17,823 nucleotides of DNA from Thermoproteus sp. (GCA_049976425.1 JBMFIG010000028.1:1-17823); one strand, 5' to 3'. Positions 1 to 9,004 are shown, counted from the first letter of the stretch. The notes: generated by a model from the letters alone, not told the origin. Translations and numbers: made by a program.

Positions 1-43
1 CTTATCGACTTCGGCCGAGGAAAGAGTCCTCGCAGTCGAGACG

Positions 44-541
44 TTAATACTGGCGCAACTCCGCGGCTTTCTTGGACACGTAGCTGGCGAGAGCCTTTAT
101 GTCCTCCTCCACCGAGCTGAGGCGCGCGTATCTGCTCAACACGCCGCTCTTATCCAAGCCGTTGTACTGGAACTCGTGTAGGTTTAGGGCCACGTTGGCG
201 TACTGCAGAAGGTCCTGCCCCTCAGCCGAGGACAGATCTCTGGCCACCTCCAACATCATGCCAGTAGGCATCACGGCTATGAGCCAATCGGCGTATTGGA
301 CCTTCTTTCCGCCCCTAGTGGCCTTGGCGCCGGGGTATCTCTGGACTAGTTGCTCTCTATGCCTAGCGGCTAGGGCGGCCAACAACGCCTTGAAGGACTG
401 AAATGCCTTGCCCGCCGCGTTCCTATACATGCCGGCCTCGAGAAATTTCAGGGCCAGCTCCGCCTCGTATACGGCCTCTCTCAGCCTCCCCTCGATATAT
501 TTGCTCAGATCTCTCCACGGCTTCTCTAACTCCGCCTCCAC
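44..541 (-). CDS. PaREP1 family protein (HEPN-like fold)
   Basis: 165 aa, GTG start. 'EAELALKFLEAGMYRNAAGKAFQSFKALLAALA' and 'ALNLHEFQYNGLD' are typical of PaREP1 proteins of Thermoproteales/Sulfolobales. Confidence 0.85.
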   Translation of the reverse strand: MEAELEKPWRDLSKYIEGRLREAVYEAELALKFLEAGMYRNAAGKAFQSFKALLAALAARHREQLVQRYPGAKATRGGKKVQYADWLIAVMPTGMMLEVARDLSSAEGQDLLQYANVALNLHEFQYNGLDKSGVLSRYARLSSVEEDIKALASYVSKKAAELRQY

Positions 542-558
542 GCACTATGTCGTTCAGC

Positions 559-567
559 CATATAAAG
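559..567 (-). promoter_or_regulatory. Putative TATA box for PaREP1 (leaderless transcript)
   Basis: Minus strand reads CTTTATATG about 20-25 bp upstream of the GTG at 541. Confidence 0.5.
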
Positions 568-721
568 ATACCCACGCCGCCTTGCGGATTCGGAATAGGA
601 ATTTACGGCGTCGGCCGCTACGCCCTCATCGTGGCCGCACAAAGATCCGGCTGTCGTGAGCCGCTGGGCGTTAGCGGCCTTCTAGAGTCGGCGAATCCCC
701 CGTACGCCGAGACGGAGACCT

Positions 722-1402
722 CTATACTAGGGACATTATGTAGGCCGCCGCGGCGGCCGCTATGGGTATGGCCAAGTTGTCCTCTATGCCGTACGCCTCG
801 GCCGCCGCCACGAATGCCGTTATCACCAACGAGGCCAGAGGCCCGTAGCCCGCCGCGATAAGCACGGCGAAGGTGGGCACCGCGCCGCCGAGCATCCCCT
901 CGACGGTCGCATCGACGGCGGGCAGTCTGTGTCTGCCCATCGCAGTCCCGACGAGGGCCGAGAAGCTGTCGTATACGGCTAGGCCGACCACCGCCGGCAG
1001 GAGCCCCGTGGGGCCGAATATGTTATAGGATATGAGGATGCCCACCGCCCCCATCAAGAGGCCTAGATAGCCGCCGCGCTTCTCGTAGTCCCTCTCCGCA
1101 GCCTCTATGGCCTTCTCTATGGAGTCCAGCAAGGCGTCGTACTGCACCTTCAGATCGGCGCGCCCCACGGGCACTAGCTTGTTCAAGCTCTCGAAGACGT
1201 CCTCCAAGCTCTCGAATATGTCCCGCCTCAGGTCGAGGAGCATCTGCGGCCGCTTGACTTGTATAGAGTAGAATATGCCAGCGGTCAGAGCCAGGGCGGC
1301 GTAGTACAGCGACGGCTCGACCTTGACGAAAAGGGGGACGGCCAAGAGGACGGCGCCGGCTATGTGGAACGACTTCCTCACCAAAAGCCCTCTGATGTCC
1401 AT
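722..1402 (-). CDS. CTP-dependent dolichol/phytol/diacylglycerol kinase-like membrane protein (cytidylyltransferase-like family)
   Basis: 226 aa, multi-TM. N-terminal RKxxH, 'DSFSALVGTAMGRH', 'TVEG' and C-terminal 'EDNLAIP' match SEC59/DGK1/VTE5 family motifs. Minus-strand TTTAAAAG at 1423-1430 is a likely TATA box. Confidence 0.75.
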   Translation of the reverse strand: MDIRGLLVRKSFHIAGAVLLAVPLFVKVEPSLYYAALALTAGIFYSIQVKRPQMLLDLRRDIFESLEDVFESLNKLVPVGRADLKVQYDALLDSIEKAIEAAERDYEKRGGYLGLLMGAVGILISYNIFGPTGLLPAVVGLAVYDSFSALVGTAMGRHRLPAVDATVEGMLGGAVPTFAVLIAAGYGPLASLVITAFVAAAEAYGIEDNLAIPIAAAAAAYIMSLV

Positions 1403-1435
1403 AGTGTCGATCTACCCGGCGGCTTTTAAATCGTA

Positions 1436-1879
1436 TTACGCCGGATCGTCGGGCTCGACAGATATCCCAACCCTGACCACCACTCCGTCCCTCAGCCTAG
1501 ACACTAGATCTCTGGGCAGATCCGCCGCCGCCTTGTCGGCCTCGACGGCCAGGGTCGAGTCGTCCACGTAGCGGCTCCTCCTGACGACGAGCCTATAGGG
1601 GTTCGTCGGCGTTGCCAACGGGGTCCTCCCGGTAATGGTAGCTACGATGCCGCCGGCCTCCACGACGATTCTGACAGTCCCCGGCCTCCTCAGAGCGTCC
1701 AGCAGATCCCTAGCCAGCTCGGGCCCCGCCTTGTCGGCGCAACAGGCTATTATGCAGTCGCCCCGCCTGGTGACGTAGAGGTCCTTGGTTATCTCCAGAG
1801 TGCGCGCGTTGCTGGCGGTCACGTTGGGATGGCCTCGGGCGACTATCACGTCCTCGACTACGTGTGCGGCCGGCGCCAC
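1436..1879 (-). CDS. DUF371 domain protein
   Basis: '[20 protein letters not shown]...TRRGDCII...ADK' and 'LVVRRSRY...TL...[13 protein letters not shown]' are DUF371-type motifs. Start trimmed to the in-frame GTG at 1879 (147 aa) because the ORF-track start overlaps tyrS. Confidence 0.8.
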   Translation of the reverse strand: MAPAAHVVEDVIVARGHPNVTASNARTLEITKDLYVTRRGDCIIACCADKAGPELARDLLDALRRPGTVRIVVEAGGIVATITGRTPLATPTNPYRLVVRRSRYVDDSTLAVEADKAAADLPRDLVSRLRDGVVVRVGISVEPDDPA

Positions 1880-1919
1880 GTCGGTAAATAAACACAAAAA
1901 TATGGCTTCCCCAAGGGCT

Positions 1920-3038
1920 ATGGACGTCGAGGAGAGGCTGAAGCTGATAACCAGATACCCCGCCGAGGAGGTGCTCACGCTGGAGGAGCTCAGAGGCCTT
2001 CTCGAGTCGGGCTATAAGCTCAACCACTACATAGGCTTTGAGATATCCGGCTATATACATATCGGGACGGGCCTCGTGAGTATGTCCAAGGTGGTCGATC
2101 TGCAGAGGGCGGGCGTTAGGCCGACTGTGTTCCTCGCCGATATCCACTCTTGGCTCAACAACAAGCTGGGGGGCGATCTGGATCTGATCCGGCGCGTGGC
2201 CGTGTCCTACTACACGGCGACGTTCAAGAAAATAATAGAGGCTCTGGGAGGGGATCCGGACGGGGTCAGGTTCGTCCTGGGCTCCGACCTCTACCACAAC
2301 AACGACGAGTATTGGTTCCTCCTCATGGACGTGGTGAGGAACCTCACTCTATCAGAGGTGCGCCACAGCTTGACCATACTCGGCAGGAAGATGGGCGAGT
2401 CGATACCGCTGGCCTACCTGGTGTACCCCCCGCTCCAGGTAGCCGACGTCTTCGCGTTGGGCGCCCACATACCCCACGGAGGCATAGACCAGAGGAGGGC
2501 CCACATATTGGCCAGGGAGGTCGCGTTGAAGGTGAGGTTCTACCCCCTGACCGTGGACGGCAAGAGGATAAAGCCGGTGGCCCTCCACCACAAGCTCCTG
2601 CCCGCCCTCAACATATCGGACAAGCCCAAGAGCAAGGAGGAGCTCAGCGAGATGAAGATGTCGAAGAGCATACCCCAGAGCGCTATATTCGTCCACGACA
2701 GCCCGGAGGAGATACGGCAGAAGATCTCCAAGGCCTACTGCCCCCCGAGGGACACCGAGTACAATCCCGTCCTGGAGATCCTCAGGATATCCGCGTTTAG
2801 GGAGGAGAGGAGGGAGCCTTTCGTGTTGGAGAGGCCGGCCAAATACGGCGGGCCTCTGGAGTTCTCGAGCTACGAGGAGCTGGAGAAGGCCTACGCAATG
2901 GGCCAGATACACCCTGCGGATTTGAAGAACGCGGCGGCTGACGCGTTGATAAAGGCTCTGGAGCCCGTACGCGCCTTCTTCCAAGGGCCTGGGGCGAAGA
3001 TCTTACAGGATATGAAGGACCTCGTGGTCACCAGATAG
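1920..3038 (+). CDS. tyrS: Tyrosine--tRNA ligase (archaeal type)
   Basis: '[14 protein letters not shown]' (HIGH-like), 'YPPLQVAD', 'GGIDQRRAH', 'KMSKS', 'KAYCPP', 'IHPADLK'. Start placed at ATG 1920 (MDVEER, 372 aa); ATG 1902 is an alternative. Confidence 0.95.
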   Translation: MDVEERLKLITRYPAEEVLTLEELRGLLESGYKLNHYIGFEISGYIHIGTGLVSMSKVVDLQRAGVRPTVFLADIHSWLNNKLGGDLDLIRRVAVSYYTATFKKIIEALGGDPDGVRFVLGSDLYHNNDEYWFLLMDVVRNLTLSEVRHSLTILGRKMGESIPLAYLVYPPLQVADVFALGAHIPHGGIDQRRAHILAREVALKVRFYPLTVDGKRIKPVALHHKLLPALNISDKPKSKEELSEMKMSKSIPQSAIFVHDSPEEIRQKISKAYCPPRDTEYNPVLEILRISAFREERREPFVLERPAKYGGPLEFSSYEELEKAYAMGQIHPADLKNAAADALIKALEPVRAFFQGPGAKILQDMKDLVVTR

Positions 3039-3092
3039 CTGGGCGCGGGCCGCGCCGGGCCCTCTAGCAAAATAAAGCCCCAAAATTATTGC

Positions 3093-3500
3093 GTGGAGCG
3101 CGTGGTCGAGTACTACGACAAGCTGGCTAACGTATACGACGACCTCTACGGACAGGAGCAGACCGTCAAGTACCTCAAGGCTTTGGCCTACGTAAATGGG
3201 TCGAGAATCCTGGACGTCGGTTGCGGCACGGGCCTCGGCCTAGGCCTCCTATCGCCTCGATACGTCCTGTGCGTCGACGTATCGCTGGGTATGTTGAGGA
3301 GGGCGGCGGCCAAAAACCCCGACGCCGATCTGCTGTTGGCCGACGCCTACCTGCTCCCCCTCAGGCGGAGGAGCTTCGACACGGCGCTTGCCATAACCGT
3401 GTTCGAGCGGCTCGACGACGCGAGGGCTCTGGCCGACTTCGCCGAGGTCGTCGTGGCGGAGACTCTCGGCCGTTGGCTCGTGTTGGGGGCTAAAGCTTGA
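3093..3500 (+). CDS. Small class I SAM-dependent methyltransferase
   Basis: 135 aa. Motif I 'ILDVGCGTG', 'VDVSLGML', 'ADAYLLPLRRRSFD'. N-terminal 'YDKLANVYDDLY'. Confidence 0.85.
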   Translation: MERVVEYYDKLANVYDDLYGQEQTVKYLKALAYVNGSRILDVGCGTGLGLGLLSPRYVLCVDVSLGMLRRAAAKNPDADLLLADAYLLPLRRRSFDTALAITVFERLDDARALADFAEVVVAETLGRWLVLGAKA

Positions 3501-4344
3501 CGAGAACCCAGTCGCCGTCCTCGGGCACCACGGCGTGTCTGTAGGACGCGGCGAGGGCCCTATGCCGCCCCAGGTCGTCGTACCTAGCGCTTATGTGCGT
3601 CAATATAAGCAACCGCGCTCCCAAGGCCTTCGCCGCCTCTATCGCGTCGAGGACCGTCGAGTGGCCCTCCTCGTGGGCCCTCGCGGGCTCCACGTCGTCT
3701 GCGAAGGTCGCCTCGTGTATCAACACGTCGGTCCAGCCCACCGCCTCTAAGGCCTTGGGGCAAGGCCCCGTATCGCCGGTGTAGAAAAGCCTCCTCCACC
3801 TCTTGTGGCCGGGCTCCGCCACGTCCTCAGGCCTCACGACCCTTCCGCCCACCTCCACGGCCTCGCCTCTGATGAGCTTGGTAAGAGCCTGCTTGGGGAA
3901 CCCCTCGACCTTGGACAAGTCGAGCTTGAACCCGACGTCCCACTCGAAGAGCCACCCGCAAGCCTCGACTGTGTGGCACACCTCGACGCATCTGATCGAC
4001 ATGTGCCTATCGGAGGCCGACGTCGCGGCCTCGACGCCGCCTTTCGACAACGCCGACGCCAGCCTCGGCGGGGCCAAGACCTTCAAGGACTTCCCGGCCA
4101 TCTTGGCGGTGCTCAACAAGCCGGGCAGGCCCAGCACGTGGTCCTCGTGCCCGTGGGTTATGGCGACGTAGCTCAACGACGCGGGCGAGATGCCGTTGGC
4201 CATCAAAGCGTACTGGACGCCCTCCCCTGCGTCGAGCAACACGCGGTGCCCCTCCCAATCCTCTAGATATATCCCGGGCATCCTCCTGTCCGCCCTCGGC
4301 ACAGCCCCGCCTGTCCCTAAGAAGAGCAACTTCAGGAGCGGCAT
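3490..4344 (-). CDS. rnz: Ribonuclease Z (tRNA 3'-processing endonuclease)
   Basis: 'FLGTGGAVP', 'LLDAGEG', HxHxDH motif 'HGHEDH', flexible-arm insert, 'YTGDT', 'HEATF', 'HST', 'THISARY'. Start trimmed to ATG 4344 (284 aa), which overlaps the rsmA 3' end by 13 bp. Confidence 0.92.
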   Translation of the reverse strand: MPLLKLLFLGTGGAVPRADRRMPGIYLEDWEGHRVLLDAGEGVQYALMANGISPASLSYVAITHGHEDHVLGLPGLLSTAKMAGKSLKVLAPPRLASALSKGGVEAATSASDRHMSIRCVEVCHTVEACGWLFEWDVGFKLDLSKVEGFPKQALTKLIRGEAVEVGGRVVRPEDVAEPGHKRWRRLFYTGDTGPCPKALEAVGWTDVLIHEATFADDVEPARAHEEGHSTVLDAIEAAKALGARLLILTHISARYDDLGRHRALAASYRHAVVPEDGDWVLVKL

Positions 4345-5018
4345 CTGCCGAACAGCTCGACCACCTCCTCCAGCGAGAGCTGATACACCCTCTTCCCCTC
4401 GGGGGCGCCCCCGCACAGCTTCCTCGCCAGCTTCCGCCTCTGCGAGAACAACATGGCCGTGAACTTCTCGAACGATTTAAAATCGTCGACGCACGGCGGT
4501 CTCGGCGTCAGTCTCACCACCGCCGAGTACACCTGGGGAGGGGGCGAAAAGGCGCGCGGAGGCACGGTCCTCAAGACCTCTACGTCGTAGTTGCACCTGA
4601 CGGCCACGGTCAGCCTGCCGTAGTTCTCGGAGCCGGGCTCCGCCGATATCCTCTCGGCGACTTCCTTCTGCAACATCACCACCGCTGGCATCCTCCTCTC
4701 GGCGAGCCTCAGAAGCAGAGGCGACGATATATAATACGGTATGTTGGACGCGAAGAAGTCGGCGGGAGGCCACTCCAGCCTCAACGCGTCGCCGACTATC
4801 ACCTCTACGTTGGGAGGCGCCCTCGCAGATAGGTACGCCGCGAGCGCTCTATCCAGCTCTATCGCGTAGACCTTGGAGGCCCTCTTGGCGAGCTCAAGCG
4901 TGAGGACCCCCGTGCCGGCCCCCACCTCGAGCACCACGGAGCCCCCGGGCACCAGGCCCGCCATGTACTCGGCCACGGATCTATCCCTCAGCATATGCTG
5001 TCCGAGCCGCCTCCTCAC
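4332..5018 (-). CDS. rsmA: 16S rRNA adenine dimethyltransferase (KsgA/Dim1)
   Basis: 228 aa. 'LGQHML', 'VLEVGAGTG', 'NIPYYIS', 'MLQKEVAERI', 'YGRLTV', 'FSPPPQVYS'. Confidence 0.95.
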   Translation of the reverse strand: MRRRLGQHMLRDRSVAEYMAGLVPGGSVVLEVGAGTGVLTLELAKRASKVYAIELDRALAAYLSARAPPNVEVIVGDALRLEWPPADFFASNIPYYISSPLLLRLAERRMPAVVMLQKEVAERISAEPGSENYGRLTVAVRCNYDVEVLRTVPPRAFSPPPQVYSAVVRLTPRPPCVDDFKSFEKFTAMLFSQRRKLARKLCGGAPEGKRVYQLSLEEVVELFGRCRS

Positions 5019-5104
5019 GTCTTATCCGGTATATATGATAAAGGCAGATAGAGCCCTCGCCGAGGTCGGCCCATGCAATGAGGCTGGAGGAGTTGCCTTT
5101 CGTC

Positions 5105-5112
5105 TTTTTATA
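5105..5112 (+). promoter_or_regulatory. Putative TATA box for gatE
   Basis: TTTTTATA located 19-26 bp upstream of the GTG at 5131. Confidence 0.55.
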
Positions 5113-5130
5113 GTGGATAAATGCCGCTAT

Positions 5131-6963
5131 GTGGACTATAGAGCGTTGGGCTTGAAGACGGGGCTGGAGATACATATCCAGCTAAACACCAGCAGGAAGC
5201 TCTTCTGCCACTGCCCCCCTGTGCTGAGGGACGACGAGCCGCACTTCCGCGTTGTCAGGAGGCTCTACGTGGCGCTCAGCGAGTTGGGCTCTGTGGACCC
5301 TGCGGCTGTCTGGGAGGTTCGCAAGAGGCGCCTTTACGTCTACGAGGGGTACCGCGACACTACGTGCCTCGTGGAGCTGGACGAGGAGCCGCCGCATCTG
5401 CCCGACGAGGAGGCCCTCACGACGGCGGTGGCCGTGGCCAAGATGTTCAACGCGAAGCTCTACGACGAGATCTACGTAATGCGCAAGATCGTTGTAGACG
5501 GCTCCAACACCTCGGGGTTCCAACGCACCATGCTCGTGGCGCACGACGGGAGGGCGAAGATACTGGGCTACAACATCGGCGTCGACACGATCGCGTTGGA
5601 GGAGGACGCGGCGAGGAAGATAAAGGAGGAGGGCAGATACGTCTACTATAGGCTGGACAGGCTGGGCATACCGCTGGTGGAGATATCCACATCGCCTATG
5701 GAGTACGACCCGCAACAGATGGAGGAGGTGGCCTGGATCATAGGCTACAGCGTGAAGGTGACCGGCAGGGCCAAGAGGGGTCTCGGGACCGTGAGGCAAG
5801 ACGTCAACGTCTCCATAGCTGGGGGGGCCAAGACGGAGATCAAGGGCGTGCCCAAGCTGGAGTTGATACCCAAGGTCATAGAATACGAGGTTTTGAGGCA
5901 ACTGAACCTCTTGAAGATAAGGGACGAGCTCAAGAACAGAGGCGCCCAGCCTCCCGAAGGGGGCTACACGGACGTCACCGACGTGTTCAGGAACACGCAG
6001 TCCAGGGTTCTGAGGAGGGTCCTCGACGCGGGCGGCGTGATCTACGCAGTGAAGGCGCCCGGCTTCCAGAAGCTTCTGGGCTTCGAGGTCCAGCCCGGCC
6101 GCCGCTTCGGGACCGAGCTGGCAGACTACGTGAGGGCCTGGACTGAGCTGGGCGGCTTGATGCATTCAGACGAGCTTCCGGGCTACGGGATAACGTCCGA
6201 CGAGGTCAGGGCGGTGGAGCAGAGGCTGGGGGCGGGCTCCTTCGTGTTGCTCTCGGGGGCGGATCCGAGGGAAGTCGCCGAGGCCGTGGACGTGGTGGTG
6301 CATAGGCTGAGGCAAGCCTTCGAGGGGGTCCCCGAGGAGACCAGGGCGGCGAACCCCGACGGCACGACTAGGTTCATGAGGCCTAGGCCGGGCGCGGCCA
6401 GGATGTATCCCGAGACGGATCTGCCGCCAGTTAGAATAACCATAGAGATAGAGAGGAAGGCCGAGGAGATAGCGTCGCGGAGCTTGGAGGCCGAGATAGA
6501 GAAGATCTCGTCGCTCGGCGTGAACAAGGACATGGCCTTGAGGCTCGTGAAGTCGCCGTGGCTCGAGTACTTCGAGGACTTCGTCCAGAGGTACAAGAAC
6601 GTGCCGCCGACGCAGATAGCCGGCCTTCTCCTGAACACGGCGAGGGCTCTGGCCAGAGAGGGGGTCGAGGTCACGCCCGAGAAGATAGACGCGGTGCTGG
6701 CCGAGCTGGATAGGGGTACCATAACCAAGGAGGCCGTGGAGGAGATACTGAGGTCGTTGAAGGAGGGGGAGGGGGTGCTGGACGCGGCCAAACGGCTGGG
6801 CCTCTTGAGGATGCCGTATGAAGAGGTCAAGAAGATAGTGGAGGAGCTGGTCAAGGAGGTGGGCCCCGACAAGGCCTTGAGGGAGGCCATGAGGAGGTAC
6901 AGGGGGAGGATCGACTCCGGGGACGTCGCCAGGGCGCTCAAGGAGATAGCCGGTCGGCAGTAA
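5131..6963 (+). CDS. gatE: Glu-tRNA(Gln) amidotransferase subunit E
   Basis: 'GLEIHIQL..KLFC', 'CLVELDEEPPH', 'RKIVVDGSNTSGFQRT', 'RGLGTVRQDVNVSI', GAD-like insert 'HSDELPGYGI', 'RPRPGAARMYPETD'. Start trimmed to GTG 5131 (610 aa). Confidence 0.95.
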   Translation: MDYRALGLKTGLEIHIQLNTSRKLFCHCPPVLRDDEPHFRVVRRLYVALSELGSVDPAAVWEVRKRRLYVYEGYRDTTCLVELDEEPPHLPDEEALTTAVAVAKMFNAKLYDEIYVMRKIVVDGSNTSGFQRTMLVAHDGRAKILGYNIGVDTIALEEDAARKIKEEGRYVYYRLDRLGIPLVEISTSPMEYDPQQMEEVAWIIGYSVKVTGRAKRGLGTVRQDVNVSIAGGAKTEIKGVPKLELIPKVIEYEVLRQLNLLKIRDELKNRGAQPPEGGYTDVTDVFRNTQSRVLRRVLDAGGVIYAVKAPGFQKLLGFEVQPGRRFGTELADYVRAWTELGGLMHSDELPGYGITSDEVRAVEQRLGAGSFVLLSGADPREVAEAVDVVVHRLRQAFEGVPEETRAANPDGTTRFMRPRPGAARMYPETDLPPVRITIEIERKAEEIASRSLEAEIEKISSLGVNKDMALRLVKSPWLEYFEDFVQRYKNVPPTQIAGLLLNTARALAREGVEVTPEKIDAVLAELDRGTITKEAVEEILRSLKEGEGVLDAAKRLGLLRMPYEEVKKIVEELVKEVGPDKALREAMRRYRGRIDSGDVARALKEIAGRQ

Positions 6964-6993
6964 TATTAATAAGGCACCTGCTAGTGGTTTCCG

Positions 6994-8250
6994 ATGACGA
7001 TACATATAGCTACGGACATTCTGGGTCTGATAGCCTTGGACGACAAGGGGGATGTAGTAGATAGGGTCCTCTTCGATAGGAAGGCCGACGTCATAGCGGG
7101 CAAGCTCGCGGAGCTGGAGAAGTCTACTCCCGTGCCCGAGCTCTTGGAGCTAGTCGAGAGGCTTAGGGGCCGGGGGGATAAGATAGTCTTGGAGGATCCC
7201 GAACTGGCCAGAAGGCTGTCGGCGGCTTTGCAGGGGGTCGAGATAATCAGCGAGTCGCCGGACCAGGTAGTTGCCGAGTTCAGACGCAAGTTCTGGGACG
7301 TCTATCTGCCCGCCTTAGGCGTCAGCAAGGAGGAGTACGACTCCCTCCTCCTCGAGGTCTCGGACCTCATCACGAGGAGCAAGTTGAGGCAGGCCGTGGA
7401 GAAGCGCGATCTGTTCATAGCTCAGTCCATAAGCACCGTCGACGATATCGACAAGACGTTGAACCTCATCGCGTCGCGCATCAGGGAGTGGTACGGGATA
7501 CACTTCCCAGAGCTGGAGGAGCTAGTCAGGGACAATAAGGAGTACGTGTTGTTAGTCAAGAACATAGGCCATAGGTCTAAGTATTCGCCCGACGCCGTTA
7601 AGGAGGTCTTGAAAGGGGCGCCCGAGGATAGGGTAAAGAGGATAGTGGAGGCCGCCAGGAAGAGCATAGGCGCCGATATGTCCGAGTGGGATCTCGACCA
7701 GATAAGGACGTATGCAGACATATATTTAAGACTAGATGATTATAGAAACAAACTGTCGGAGTATATAGACGAGGCCATGAAGGACGTAGCGCCGAATATA
7801 AGGGAGCTCGTGGGGCCGCTCCTCGGCGCAAGGCTCATAAAGTTGGCCGGAGGCCTCTCCCGCCTCGCTATGTTGCCCGCATCTACGGTGCAGGTGCTGG
7901 GCGCCGAGAAGGCTTTGTTCAGAGCCCTCCGCACAGGCGGCAAGCCCCCGAAACACGGCGTGATATTCCAGTACCCCGAGATATTCCGCGCGCCTAGGTG
8001 GCAACGCGGCAAGATAGCGAGGGCGCTCGCCGCCAAGTTGGCCATAGCGGCTAAGGCCGACGCCTTCACCGGCAACTTCATAGCGGCTAAGTTGAAGGAG
8101 GATCTCCTGGCGCGTATCCAAGAGATAAAGACCCTATACGCCAAGCCGCCGCCCAGAGCGCCTGCGGTCAAGCCGGCTAGGGCGCCGGAGAGGAGGCAAG
8201 GGCCTCCGCCGAAGAAGCCCTCGGCGAAGAAGCCGTCGAAGAAAGAATAA
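6994..8250 (+). CDS. nop5: Box C/D sRNP protein Nop5 (Nop56/58 homologue)
   Basis: 418 aa. 'RIREWYGIHFPEL', 'APNIRELVGPLLGARLI', 'PASTVQVLGAEKALF', 'PKHGVIFQ', 'RGKIARALAAK', Lys/Pro-rich tail. AT-rich TATA-like element at 6961-6972. Confidence 0.95.
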   Translation: MTIHIATDILGLIALDDKGDVVDRVLFDRKADVIAGKLAELEKSTPVPELLELVERLRGRGDKIVLEDPELARRLSAALQGVEIISESPDQVVAEFRRKFWDVYLPALGVSKEEYDSLLLEVSDLITRSKLRQAVEKRDLFIAQSISTVDDIDKTLNLIASRIREWYGIHFPELEELVRDNKEYVLLVKNIGHRSKYSPDAVKEVLKGAPEDRVKRIVEAARKSIGADMSEWDLDQIRTYADIYLRLDDYRNKLSEYIDEAMKDVAPNIRELVGPLLGARLIKLAGGLSRLAMLPASTVQVLGAEKALFRALRTGGKPPKHGVIFQYPEIFRAPRWQRGKIARALAAKLAIAAKADAFTGNFIAAKLKEDLLARIQEIKTLYAKPPPRAPAVKPARAPERRQGPPPKKPSAKKPSKKE

Positions 8251-8273
8251 AAAGCATGGGGGAGGCGTAGGGT

Positions 8274-8981
8274 ATGTCCATAGAAGTCGTCGATGTGAGG
8301 CCTCACGAGAGGTTCGCCGGCGTCTACGTGGCGAAGTTCGAGGACGGCTCGGAGAGGCTGGCGACGAGGAACCTGACGCCGGGCAGGAGGGTGTACGGCG
8401 AGAGGTTGATTAGGTGGAGAGATGTGGAGTATAGGGAGTGGAACCCCTATAGATCCAAGCTGGCCGCGGCCATACTGAACGGGCTCAAGGAGATGCCCAT
8501 AGCTGAGGGGTCGCACATACTATATCTCGGCGCCGCCTCGGGGACCACGCCGAGCCACGTGAGCGATATAGTGGGCGAGAGGGGGCTGATATACTCCGTC
8601 GAGTTCTCGCCGAGAGTCTTCAGGGAGTTCATGGAGAAGCTGGTCGACCAAGGCAGGAAGAACGTAGTGCCGATACTCGGCGACGCCAGATTCCCGTACC
8701 AGTACGCGCACTACATCAAGGGTGTCGATGTGGTTTATATAGATATAGCGCAGCCAGCGCAGGCGAAGATACTGGCCGACAACGCGGACTACTTCTTGAA
8801 GAAGGGCGGCCATGTGATGTTGGTCATAAAGGCGATGAGCATAGATGTGACCAAGGAGCCGTCGGAAACCTTCAAGCAGGAGATCAACGTGTTGAAAGAG
8901 CGCGGATACGAGATCTTGGACACCGTCCACCTCGAGCCCTACGACGTGGCGCACGCGATGGTCATAGCAAGACGCGTTTAA
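8274..8981 (+). CDS. flpA: Fibrillarin-like rRNA/tRNA 2'-O-methyltransferase
   Basis: 235 aa. 'VYGE', '[14 protein letters not shown]', '[16 protein letters not shown]', 'VEFS', 'HLEPY'. Directly downstream of nop5, with a GGAGG Shine-Dalgarno-like motif in the spacer. Confidence 0.95.
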   Translation: MSIEVVDVRPHERFAGVYVAKFEDGSERLATRNLTPGRRVYGERLIRWRDVEYREWNPYRSKLAAAILNGLKEMPIAEGSHILYLGAASGTTPSHVSDIVGERGLIYSVEFSPRVFREFMEKLVDQGRKNVVPILGDARFPYQYAHYIKGVDVVYIDIAQPAQAKILADNADYFLKKGGHVMLVIKAMSIDVTKEPSETFKQEINVLKERGYEILDTVHLEPYDVAHAMVIARRV

Positions 8982-9004
8982 CCCCGCCGCAACTCCGACG
9001 CGGT

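Noticed and set aside
590-632. Possible C/D box sRNA on the minus strand (ACGATGA...CCGA...CCGA)
   Set aside because: All boxes are degenerate, there is no C' box, the spacing is short, and I recognise no rRNA or tRNA target.
660-790. Possible RNase P RNA on the minus strand (AGAAGGCCGCTAAC resembles CR-V; GAGGACAAC resembles CR-I)
   Set aside because: The CR-I-like text is just the conserved EDNL codons of the kinase gene, and a convincing P4 helix cannot be formed.
3042-3056. GGCGCG-GGC-CGCGCC hairpin after tyrS
   Set aside because: Short all-GC stem with no U-tract; expected by chance at this GC content.
4873-5130. N-terminal extensions in the ORF track for gatE (and likewise tyrS, DUF371 and rnz)
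   Set aside because: They overlap neighbouring genes or promoters and precede the family-typical N-termini; TATA positions or gene overlaps favour the shorter starts.
8140-8250. Repetitive Lys/Pro-rich 3' end of nop5 (AAGAAGCC repeats)
   Set aside because: Basic low-complexity tails are normal for Nop5/Nop56/58; this is not an independent DNA repeat.
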